From a virus (Duplodnaviria; Caudoviricetes): a stretch of 39,494 nucleotides of DNA. The stretch covers positions 1 through 39,494 of the IMG/VR virus record IMGVR_UViG_3300023179_000240; one strand, 5' to 3'. Below are positions 32,089 to 39,259 of this stretch, piece by piece; the first letter of the stretch is position 1; the number at the start of each line of letters is the position of its first letter. The translations under genes were made by a program, and so were the position numbers. The notes beneath the pieces are model-generated. The model ran no database searches. It was not told the DNA's origin and saw only the letters and a program-made list of their open reading frames with translations.

Positions 32089-32291
32089 AAAAGAAAAAGA
32101 AACTCAAGCTTATCACCTATCGAATCACCTTTGACTACACAACCACGGACGAATACACCCACCCCTCAAAATGGATGGAGCTTGATTGCCTCACCTGTAG
32201 AGATGGAGACGAGGCATTTTCTTGGGTGAAGTCCGAGGAGATTGCAACGCCCGATGAGCATAGGGAAATCATCGAGCAGGAGGAAAAATGA
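32085..32291 (+). CDS. Hypothetical early protein
   Basis: GGAGG RBS; ATGA-coupled. Confidence 0.55.
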   Translation: MKKKKKLKLITYRITFDYTTTDEYTHPSKWMELDCLTCRDGDEAFSWVKSEEIATPDEHREIIEQEEK

Positions 32292-32536
32292 AGGCTTATA
32301 CAAATCGTGGAGAACATTGGAAAGATTGCGACTCAATCTATGCCAAAATAAATAATAGTTGGGAGCCTGTTTCCTATGGCTTGGTCGATGGGGCAAGGCT
32401 TATCCCAAGCCGGAGAGACGATGGCTACGAAAGGATTGTCCTTAATGATGGCAGAACGGCATTGGTTCAGAGCATTGATATTGACTCAATAGACGAAACT
32501 CTAGCCTGCGAAGCAAGCACAGGAGCGAGGCCGTGA
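32288..32536 (+). CDS. Hypothetical early protein
   Basis: GGAGG RBS; ATGA-coupled. Confidence 0.55.
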   Translation: MKAYTNRGEHWKDCDSIYAKINNSWEPVSYGLVDGARLIPSRRDDGYERIVLNDGRTALVQSIDIDSIDETLACEASTGARP

Positions 32537-32637
32537 CCCAAGAATCCTTCGCCCTCCTCGACACCCTAACCCGAATCGCCCTGCCCCTATTCTTATGCGT
32601 CATCATGTTAATGGCTTGGATGGGGCAGAGAGATTGA
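32533..32637 (+). CDS. 34-aa single-TM peptide
   Basis: GTG start overlapping the upstream stop, AGGAG RBS; MTQESFALLDTLTRIALPLFLCVIMLMAWMGQRD. Confidence 0.5.
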   Translation: MTQESFALLDTLTRIALPLFLCVIMLMAWMGQRD

Positions 32638-32662
32638 TAAAAAGAAAGGAACCTTAATCACG

Positions 32663-32758
32663 ATGAGTAGCAGAGAAATCGACACCATGCTCGGAACCAT
32701 CACCCCCATCATTACGGTTATCGTGTTGGCGATAGCGTGGTTTTGTAAGAAGGATTAA
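32663..32758 (+). CDS. 31-aa single-TM peptide
   Basis: MSSREIDTMLGTITPIITVIVLAIAWFCKKD; AAGGA upstream. Confidence 0.5.
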   Translation: MSSREIDTMLGTITPIITVIVLAIAWFCKKD

Positions 32759-32772
32759 ACAGGAGAACCAAA

Positions 32773-32994
32773 ATGAAATCAGCATCAACTTGTGTATTAA
32801 AATACTACGAAAACAAGGGTCACGACATAACCAAGAAGGACATCAGATCAACAAACAATAGGCGGTTAGCAATCTATGACGGCAGGGAATACTGGGTAGG
32901 AAAGCGGGAGCCTTCCCGAAGATCGTCCAATTATGGAATGTCCCCGAAGATCATTGAAAGCTACAAGGACGGCAACTGCCTTTGGAGGATATGA
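32773..32994 (+). CDS. Hypothetical early protein
   Basis: AGGAG RBS; 73 aa, basic. Confidence 0.6.
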   Translation: MKSASTCVLKYYENKGHDITKKDIRSTNNRRLAIYDGREYWVGKREPSRRSSNYGMSPKIIESYKDGNCLWRI

Positions 32995-32995
32995 A

Positions 32996-33205
32996 ATGAC
33001 CTACCCCAAAAAGCTATCCGAGATAGGCCTAACCAAGAAGAAACTACTAGCTCTTGCCAAAGCGGAGGAATCAAAACTTCCCATCAATAAGCTTATTCAG
33101 ATTGCCTTGGACGAATATGGATCAGCAAAAGCATCCGCCATCAAGGAACTGATTAACGAAGAAGTATTGAAACAGGTAAATAAAACCAAAAGGAAAACCA
33201 AATGA
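32996..33205 (+). CDS. Hypothetical basic protein
   Basis: GGAGG RBS before ATG 32996. Confidence 0.55.
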   Translation: MTYPKKLSEIGLTKKKLLALAKAEESKLPINKLIQIALDEYGSAKASAIKELINEEVLKQVNKTKRKTK

Positions 33206-33609
33206 ACAACACCTTCCAAATCACCACCACCTACCGCCTCAAACAACTCGAAGACAAACTCGCCGACACCGCTGAATCCCTATCCCTTTTGGGACATAGG
33301 GTTAATCGCCTAACCTTAGCCATTGAGAAGGCGGAGAGACTTATGGCTAATGCCAAGGATATTAAGGTTGCCGTTGTCCCCCCTCCCCCGATTGAAGTTA
33401 GCCCCGCAGTTATGGACGCTCGCTCCAAGCGGGATCTCCATTCAGTTACGCAAAGGTGGGCGGTTTGGGAGCGGATGTATAAGGCGGGAATCACCCCATC
33501 CGAAATCTCCCGCAAGTTCAACTGCGATCATGGCTCAGTCCTTTATGCTCGGAAAAAGGGATTCAAGCCATCGTGGGGTTGCAAGCAGAAGGAAGCCCTC
33601 GTAGCCTAA
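33202..33609 (+). CDS. Coiled-coil plus C-terminal HTH resembling DnaA domain IV (Bac_DnaA_C-like)
   Basis: RWAVWERMYKAGITPSEISRKFNCDHGSVLYARKK resembles the IGxxFxRDHTTVLHA signature. Confidence 0.6.
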   Translation: MNNTFQITTTYRLKQLEDKLADTAESLSLLGHRVNRLTLAIEKAERLMANAKDIKVAVVPPPPIEVSPAVMDARSKRDLHSVTQRWAVWERMYKAGITPSEISRKFNCDHGSVLYARKKGFKPSWGCKQKEALVA

Positions 33610-33613
33610 TTCC

Positions 33614-34051
33614 ATGAAAAGGGTTCTGTCTTATGCCCTGCTCATAGGGATAATCGTGGCCGGAGGGTTGGCAGTTCGTGACAAGCCAAAGGATCAGACG
33701 CAGGCATGGGCTGACTACAAGAAGGCAGTGGCAGAGCAGGAGAGAATTGATAAAGAGGAGAGAGCTAGGATAGATGCCATAGTCAAAGAGAGGGCGGATA
33801 GTTATTACGCTGAGTTGAAGGCAAAGTATCCTGTTCGTAAGGCCGTAGGAGGAGGGCCACCGCTTGATTCAGACTACGAACCCACTTTCCAGCCCATGCC
33901 GGAGACTCATTGTAGCCATGACTATTTTGAGCCAACCTCCTACTCTTCCAGCCGACAAGAGCAACCCGATCTATCCGGCCTTTATTATCAGCGCACCATT
34001 GTCGGGCCGAATGCGGGGCAATGGTCGATTCAGTTTATCAGCGGCCCATGA
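33614..34051 (+). CDS. Membrane-anchored / exported hypothetical protein
   Basis: N-terminal MKRVLSYALLIGIIVAGGLAV followed by a coiled coil. Confidence 0.6.
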   Translation: MKRVLSYALLIGIIVAGGLAVRDKPKDQTQAWADYKKAVAEQERIDKEERARIDAIVKERADSYYAELKAKYPVRKAVGGGPPLDSDYEPTFQPMPETHCSHDYFEPTSYSSSRQEQPDLSGLYYQRTIVGPNAGQWSIQFISGP

Positions 34052-34052
34052 T

Positions 34053-34187
34053 CTAACGTAACAACTTGGCGACACATTCCACAATCGTCACGACAAGATA
34101 GAACAACACCACGCCCAGCCAGAACACGATCCACACAACAGCCGCCGCCCCAAGAAGGGCCAAGGCCAGCTTAAAGAGGAGAGCCAT
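34053..34187 (-). CDS. 44-aa hydrophobic membrane protein
   Basis: AGGAGG RBS; MALLFKLALALLGAAAVVWIVFWLGVVLFYLVVTIVECVAKLLR. Confidence 0.55.
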   Translation of the reverse strand: MALLFKLALALLGAAAVVWIVFWLGVVLFYLVVTIVECVAKLLR

Positions 34188-34404
34188 TGTTTTTCCTCCT
34201 ATAAGTCTTGGCCTTTTTGATCCCCTTCCCCTCCCGCCTCTCATTGATGTAGGCCTCCCTCTCAACCCTAGCCTCTTCCGCCTCTTCCTTGGTCTTATAG
34301 GGGCCAAGCCCTATCGCCGGAGGCCTTCCCCCCATGATGAACCTAGGCCCGACTGGGTAGCCTGCGTCCGTGACCAGATCCAACCCTGAGACGGAGAGCT
34401 TCAT
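34171..34404 (-). CDS. Hypothetical protein
   Basis: 77 aa; LGPYKTKEEAEEAR is an AP2-like helix motif. Confidence 0.55.
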   Translation of the reverse strand: MKLSVSGLDLVTDAGYPVGPRFIMGGRPPAIGLGPYKTKEEAEEARVEREAYINERREGKGIKKAKTYRRKNNGSPL

Positions 34405-34829
34405 CAGAACGGCCTGAACTCCGCTATCGGAATCTGAATCAATTCCTCTTGGTCGTAGCTATCCCTTACGTTACAGGATCTCCGGCCTCCCCAACCCTTG
34501 CCAAACTTTTGCCCATGCCAAAGGAAGAACCCATCCCCGTCATTCCATCTGACCACCAAGAACAGCGGAGCGTGGAATCTCTCTGCGAGTTGGGTAAGGT
34601 TCCGCCACTTGGTTGCGCTGATGAAGAACGTGTCATGCTTGTCCTTCTCGCAACTCCTGACCCGCATCTCCGCCAGCCCCCACTGGTTGATCGGAGTCCT
34701 GACGTAGTAATCGAAGAGGCAGGCTTTCGGGGCTATGTCCAACTGGTAGCCCATCTTGCTTCCCCAATCGTCAGCAAGCTTGGCGTTGGCTTCCCGTTGT
34801 TCCGGCGTTTCGTAAAGTGGGCGGCTCAT
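34404..34829 (-). CDS. Putative PD-(D/E)XK-fold nuclease
   Basis: FDYYV...LAEMRVR...FISATKW...LFLVVRWNDG pattern. Confidence 0.5.
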   Translation of the reverse strand: MSRPLYETPEQREANAKLADDWGSKMGYQLDIAPKACLFDYYVRTPINQWGLAEMRVRSCEKDKHDTFFISATKWRNLTQLAERFHAPLFLVVRWNDGDGFFLWHGQKFGKGWGGRRSCNVRDSYDQEELIQIPIAEFRPF

Positions 34830-35079
34830 AAGATCCAGTAAGTAAATTGAGGGAAAATCCTCGCTCAGTTAGAATGTCATATAGAAGAGTGTTCAATTTG
34901 ATGTCTGTAATACCACGGCGGAGAGGCACAAGTGTTAGTTCGCCTGAATAAGCAAGCTCCATCGCCTTTGTTAGATTCAGCAAACCTAGCTCTGTATCTA
35001 TGACTTCATCTGCCATCGTCCTGATCGGTAAGCCCGATCCTTTGGCTAGGCAATCCATCAGCCACTTCTCAAAATCCAT
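34771..35079 (-). CDS. Hypothetical protein
   Basis: ATG 35079 immediately follows the DnaB stop. Confidence 0.45.
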   Translation of the reverse strand: MDFEKWLMDCLAKGSGLPIRTMADEVIDTELGLLNLTKAMELAYSGELTLVPLRRGITDIKLNTLLYDILTERGFSLNLLTGSYEPPTLRNAGTTGSQRQAC

Positions 35080-35080
35080 T

Positions 35081-36397
35081 CTATAAAGCCTTTGGAACGA
35101 ACTCCTTGAATGTCTGCCTATCCCCGTCAAACCAGAGATCCACGCTCCCGAGGAATCCATTCCTATTCTTTGCAACCTTGAGCTTCCTTGCGTTCTCATC
35201 CTTCTTTGTAAGGAGGAGGGCAACGTCCATGTCCTGCTCAAGATCGCCGGACTCCCGCAAATGATGAAGGCCAGCCTCGCCATCGCCAACGGCATCTCTG
35301 CTTAACTGACACACAGCCATCACTGGAATGCCTAGCTCTTTGGCTAGTGCCTTGAGCCCATGAGAAACAATCGCCACCTCCCGATAGCGTTCTCTTTCCC
35401 TTGTATCAGGAGAGACTTTGCCCAGCAGATCGACTATCAGCATCTCCATCCCCATTCTCTTGCGCCACCTGCGAGCCCTTGCCCTTAGGTCGGAAAGCCG
35501 GATTCTGGGGGGATCTTCAATAAAGAAAGGAAGGCCTTCGAGTTTGTCCCTTGCTGATTGCAGTTGAATCTTGTCGAAGTCCGTCATGCTTGAAGCATCC
35601 CGCATCTTCCACATGGACGGCCCCCCAAGATGAGCCAAAGCCCGATGACCCAGTTCCCTTGCGCTCATCTCTAGCTCAACCATGACGATCTTATGGCCTT
35701 TGTTCCCCCAGTCCTTCGTCTCCGCATCCCACTTGTTAGCCGAGGCGAATAGGGAAAGTTGTAAGGCTAGGGCGGTCTTTCCTTCCCCAGTCCTAGCGGC
35801 CAACCCAATCAGTTGTCCGGCCTGCCAGCCACCGCAAATCTGATCCAGCTTTGGAATGCCGGAGGGTATTCCTGCATATAGGCATCCCCGATTCATCGCC
35901 GCCTTGACCCCCTCCAAAGCCTTATCCGCACACTCCGCTATCGTTATCGCTTGAGACGGGGCATCCGTTTCAACGTCACGCATCGCAGTCTCTAGCCCAG
36001 TGGCAATCTCTATCGAGGGCTCCGCCCGTTCCAGCTTGAGCCTAGCCTCCTCGATTGCCCGATTGATTGAGCGAAGGCGGGAGAGTTCTTTGAGCTTCCC
36101 GATATGGGAATCCGCCTGAGTTGGCGAGGTTGGAATAGCCGCCGATATATCTATGATGAGATTGCGTGTAGTTTCGTTTGATGCCGTAGCCAAGAGGGAT
36201 GCACAGTCCACCGAGCGTCCGGCGTTGATCTCCTCGGCCATATAGGTGAAAAGGCTCTGGGCTTCCGGCAAAAAGAAATCCTTTGCCTGAACCTCGTCCA
36301 GAATCCTTTCCTTCTCCCCGAAATCATGGGCCAAGGCGGATAGGATGGCCTTCTCCACTGGCCCCCAAGTGGTAGATGAGAATGCAATCAGGCTCAT
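35081..36397 (-). CDS. dnaB: Replicative DNA helicase, DnaB family
   Basis: N-terminal EKAIL...DFF; Walker A AARTGEGKT, ELEM, LKALAKELGIPV, QLSR, LRESGDLEQD and KVAKNRNG. Confidence 0.93.
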   Translation of the reverse strand: MSLIAFSSTTWGPVEKAILSALAHDFGEKERILDEVQAKDFFLPEAQSLFTYMAEEINAGRSVDCASLLATASNETTRNLIIDISAAIPTSPTQADSHIGKLKELSRLRSINRAIEEARLKLERAEPSIEIATGLETAMRDVETDAPSQAITIAECADKALEGVKAAMNRGCLYAGIPSGIPKLDQICGGWQAGQLIGLAARTGEGKTALALQLSLFASANKWDAETKDWGNKGHKIVMVELEMSARELGHRALAHLGGPSMWKMRDASSMTDFDKIQLQSARDKLEGLPFFIEDPPRIRLSDLRARARRWRKRMGMEMLIVDLLGKVSPDTRERERYREVAIVSHGLKALAKELGIPVMAVCQLSRDAVGDGEAGLHHLRESGDLEQDMDVALLLTKKDENARKLKVAKNRNGFLGSVDLWFDGDRQTFKEFVPKAL

Positions 36398-36477
36398 CGC
36401 TTCCCCCAGATCGTTTCCATCACCACAATCAGGATCAGGCTAAGCGCAAACACCTCGATGACTTCCGCCCCAGTCAT
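36394..36477 (-). CDS. 27-aa single-TM peptide coupled between GT9 and DnaB
   Basis: MTGAEVIEVFALSLILIVVMETIWGKR, with ATGA overlaps at both ends. Confidence 0.5.
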   Translation of the reverse strand: MTGAEVIEVFALSLILIVVMETIWGKR

Positions 36478-37514
36478 GGCGAGCATATCTGGATGGCTTT
36501 TCTGACCACCCTCTCCGCAGGTATTCCGGCCAGCACATTGCACATCTCGCTTCGGTTGCATGGGCCTGACTTGGGCCAACGCAATCCGCCCTCCCCGTGG
36601 TGGTTGCATGGAGCGCAATCACCTCCGGCTTGGATAAAGAAGTTCTTCGGATTCCCGATGGTCGCTCGCTTGGAGTAATGGAACGATCCGTAGAGCCCTA
36701 ATGTAGCCACACCAAGAGCACACCCGAAATGCACCAAGGATGAGTCGGGGGCAATCAGCAGGTCGCAGGATTCAAGAAGTGCAACCGATTCTTCCAGCGT
36801 CCATCTTTCGCTAGAGCCATTCAACACCAGATCGGATTCACCTAGAGTTGTGGTGGCGTTAGGCTCGTCAAACAGCACAACCTCCACGCCCTTGTCCACC
36901 AACCCTACAACCACCTCGCTTGTATGCGGATAGCTCCTGATCTTGGATGAGGCCTTCATCTGAATCCCTACCCTCGCCTTAGCCCTTTTGGGATAGCGGA
37001 TAAGCATATCCCCAGCCAAAGCCTTATCGTTCTGGAATGTCAGCTTGAGGGGTAGCCCGTGGAATCCGGCCTTGCTACCCATGGCATGAACGGCATGAAG
37101 ATCGTACTCCGACTCAACAACGTCAGTAAGATTAAGGACAGCATCCCGCTTCAGCAGTTCCTTGTGATCCGCCGGAAATGCAAGATGAGAGCAGAGGGGA
37201 TGAACGGCCAGTTTGCTCCTAACGCCGCAACAGAACTCTAGCTTCGCCTCCGGCCACTCCGCCTGCATTGCTTCGATCAAAGGGGTAGTCATCAGGACAT
37301 CCCCAATCCCGCCAGCCCTAAGAATGGTCAGCGTCTTTCCGTTGTAATCGTTGTCTCTGTTATATTCTGGAAGCTCGCAAGCCTCCACCGAGGCCAGCCC
37401 GTTAAGGCGCAGAAGCAAAGCCCCTGAGGCTCTGGGCTCCATCACATAACCAACGCCAGCCTTGAGCGTGATACCAGCCCAATCAATATCCTGTTCCGGC
37501 GTTACCTTCCTCAT
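36474..37514 (-). CDS. Glycosyltransferase family 9 (heptosyltransferase-like)
   Basis: ILRAGGIGDVLMTTPLI, SKIRSYP and LEESVALLESCDLLIAPDSSLVHFGCALGVATLGLYG; C-terminal CAPC...C...C. Confidence 0.85.
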   Translation of the reverse strand: MRKVTPEQDIDWAGITLKAGVGYVMEPRASGALLLRLNGLASVEACELPEYNRDNDYNGKTLTILRAGGIGDVLMTTPLIEAMQAEWPEAKLEFCCGVRSKLAVHPLCSHLAFPADHKELLKRDAVLNLTDVVESEYDLHAVHAMGSKAGFHGLPLKLTFQNDKALAGDMLIRYPKRAKARVGIQMKASSKIRSYPHTSEVVVGLVDKGVEVVLFDEPNATTTLGESDLVLNGSSERWTLEESVALLESCDLLIAPDSSLVHFGCALGVATLGLYGSFHYSKRATIGNPKNFFIQAGGDCAPCNHHGEGGLRWPKSGPCNRSEMCNVLAGIPAERVVRKAIQICSP

Positions 37515-37696
37515 TCTGTCGGATACCTATTGTTGCCGTGATAGTCGCAGAACTTTTGAAAGCTCGTCTCGGAGCAATCATCATCGTCCTCTGAGGTATC
37601 CCCAAAGTTTCGATATAAGGCCTTGCCCATCGGACTCCTGAAGAAGTCATCCCATTCCTTATCTGCATCTGAATTAGGTTTTGGTTCTGGGTTCAT
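37511..37696 (-). CDS. Small acidic hypothetical protein
   Basis: 61 aa, ATGA-coupled on both sides. Confidence 0.55.
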   Translation of the reverse strand: MNPEPKPNSDADKEWDDFFRSPMGKALYRNFGDTSEDDDDCSETSFQKFCDYHGNNRYPTE

Positions 37697-38019
37697 ACGT
37701 CATCCAACTCCTTTGGTAATGTTCCCGCCTTGGCCCTTGCCCTGATGGTCATGGCCGCAATAAGATTCCACGCCGCCGCCGCAAGATGGTTCTCGTCCCT
37801 CTTCTTTGCCATGTACGCAAAGGCATGACGGAGGGCTGAATCCATGATTCGGCTGATGGGCTGACCAAGCTCCCAGTTACGCTCCCCATACTTCTTAGCC
37901 CCCTCTTCAAAATGAATGGCAAGCTCATGGACTGCCTCGGGCGGAATCAGGTCGTACCTTCCCTTGCCGTCTCGGGAATCCCTTATCGATCCAGTGGAAA
38001 ACCTTTCGTTATTTCTCAT
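37693..38019 (-). CDS. dATP/dGTP diphosphohydrolase domain protein (DUF5664)
   Basis: GKGRYDLIP...GAKKYGERNW...DSALRH...ENHLAAAAWNL. Confidence 0.85.
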   Translation of the reverse strand: MRNNERFSTGSIRDSRDGKGRYDLIPPEAVHELAIHFEEGAKKYGERNWELGQPISRIMDSALRHAFAYMAKKRDENHLAAAAWNLIAAMTIRARAKAGTLPKELDDV

Positions 38020-38224
38020 TGGCTTTCCTCTGCTCTTCCTTGTGCTTCTTGTGGGACTTAATGATCTCAGCGAGGATCTTTTCCGCCGACTCCACCTGTT
38101 GCCGGATCTCTTTCACGATATGTTGCGATGGCTCGTTCACCTCCTTGGACAGCTTCTTTAAGTTCACCGATACCCCGATCAGGATGTCCCACATCCAGTC
38201 CAACCTCTTTGCGATATGCTTCAT
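38009..38224 (-). CDS. Hypothetical protein
   Basis: 71 aa, helical, coupled within the operon. Confidence 0.55.
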   Translation of the reverse strand: MKHIAKRLDWMWDILIGVSVNLKKLSKEVNEPSQHIVKEIRQQVESAEKILAEIIKSHKKHKEEQRKANEK

Positions 38225-38472
38225 CGCTCCACCTGAACCTTCTCAAGACTCTTGCTTTTGGCCCAAGCCATGAGTTGTCGGCTGATGCTTTGCTTCATCA
38301 GTGGACTGAAGCTCACGTTCTTGATGGTTGTTTCCTTCTTGGTTTTCTTCTTTGCCATTAGTTCTCCTATTCCTCTCTTGATGATTTCGGCGAGGGTTGG
38401 CCGATACATCGACCCCGCACAGAAGTAGGAAGGCTGATGGCCGTCATGGATGGTTAGTCCCCTGAAGATCAT
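38221..38472 (-). CDS. Hypothetical protein
   Basis: ATG 38472 overlaps the upstream stop. Confidence 0.5.
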   Translation of the reverse strand: MIFRGLTIHDGHQPSYFCAGSMYRPTLAEIIKRGIGELMAKKKTKKETTIKNVSFSPLMKQSISRQLMAWAKSKSLEKVQVER

Positions 38473-38627
38473 TTCTTCCCCCTCCTCGTCCTCGTCCGGC
38501 TCTGCCAAAAGAAATCGTTGTAGCTCTTTGTCACCAGCCCCCTCTTTGCAAGGAAGGCTTCCAGCTTCTTCTTGTCCTCACGGGCCATCTCCCTTGTGTA
38601 TTTCTTGTCATCTGGGAATCCGCTCAT
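38469..38627 (-). CDS. Hypothetical protein
   Basis: Small charged ORF filling the operon gap; start uncertain. Confidence 0.45.
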   Translation of the reverse strand: MSGFPDDKKYTREMAREDKKKLEAFLAKRGLVTKSYNDFFWQSRTRTRRGKK

Positions 38628-38634
38628 TCCAATT

Positions 38635-38970
38635 TCAGGAGCCTCCCCCTCGAATCCATCCGGCCAGTCTCTTGATGTAGTCATGGTTAATTAACGGCCC
38701 TGCCAGCCGAATGACCCTGATCCCCATGAGACAAGCCTCGTTATACTTTTCGCAGTCCTTCCAATATCCGACACCCGAGGTATGCCTCGCACGACCTCCA
38801 AGCCAGATGCCCCCCTCAATCTCGATATGTATTGGGCCAAGTCCGTCATGCGGATTCTCCACACGGAAGTCGGCTTTCCATCGTCTCTTCGGATGAAACT
38901 TAAATTCTTCCTGCAACTGCGGCCCAGAGGCCGCTCTCCACAAAAAAAGGAACTTCTCTCTGGGCCGCAT
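38635..38970 (-). CDS. Vsr/DUF559-like endonuclease
   Basis: EFKFHPKRRWKADF...IEIEGGIW..GRARHT...DCEKYNEA..MGIRVIR. Confidence 0.8.
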   Translation of the reverse strand: MRPREKFLFLWRAASGPQLQEEFKFHPKRRWKADFRVENPHDGLGPIHIEIEGGIWLGGRARHTSGVGYWKDCEKYNEACLMGIRVIRLAGPLINHDYIKRLAGWIRGGGS

Positions 38971-38990
38971 TGCTTCACCTCTGTCTCCGA

Positions 38991-39218
38991 TTAAAAGTCG
39001 AAGTCAGCCTCGGGCTCGGTGTTCTTTGCCGGAGCCTTGGGCTTGTTGTCGACTTGAAGGGAGATGAAAGTCCCCCTCTGCCCCTGCTTCTTCCATCCGG
39101 CTATGCGGACTTGCTTCCCGAATAGCATGATGTTCCCCTTGAAATCGGGGGCTTTTTCGCTCTTCTTCTCTTTCTCTGGGAACAGAACTCCTGATCCCTC
39201 TCTGGGTTCGTATGGCAT
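38991..39218 (-). CDS. Single-stranded DNA-binding protein (DUF736-like)
   Basis: GVLF...KSEKAPDFKG...IAGW...FISL with an acidic-aromatic C-terminal tail (EADFDF). Confidence 0.7.
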   Translation of the reverse strand: MPYEPREGSGVLFPEKEKKSEKAPDFKGNIMLFGKQVRIAGWKKQGQRGTFISLQVDNKPKAPAKNTEPEADFDF

Positions 39219-39244
39219 TGTTATTTAACTACTTCAGCCTATAA

Positions 39245-39257
39245 ATGCTTGTTACAC
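39245..39257 (-). promoter_or_regulatory. Copy of recurrent motif (GTGTAACAAGCAT)
   Basis: Intergenic, 2 nt after the exonuclease stop, co-oriented with transcription. Confidence 0.65.
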
Positions 39258-39259
39258 AT

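Noticed and set aside
37693-38019. 2-aminoadenine (Z-base) genome pathway
   Set aside because: DUF5664 is present, but no PurZ, DatZ-like HD hydrolase or phage polymerase is recognisable.
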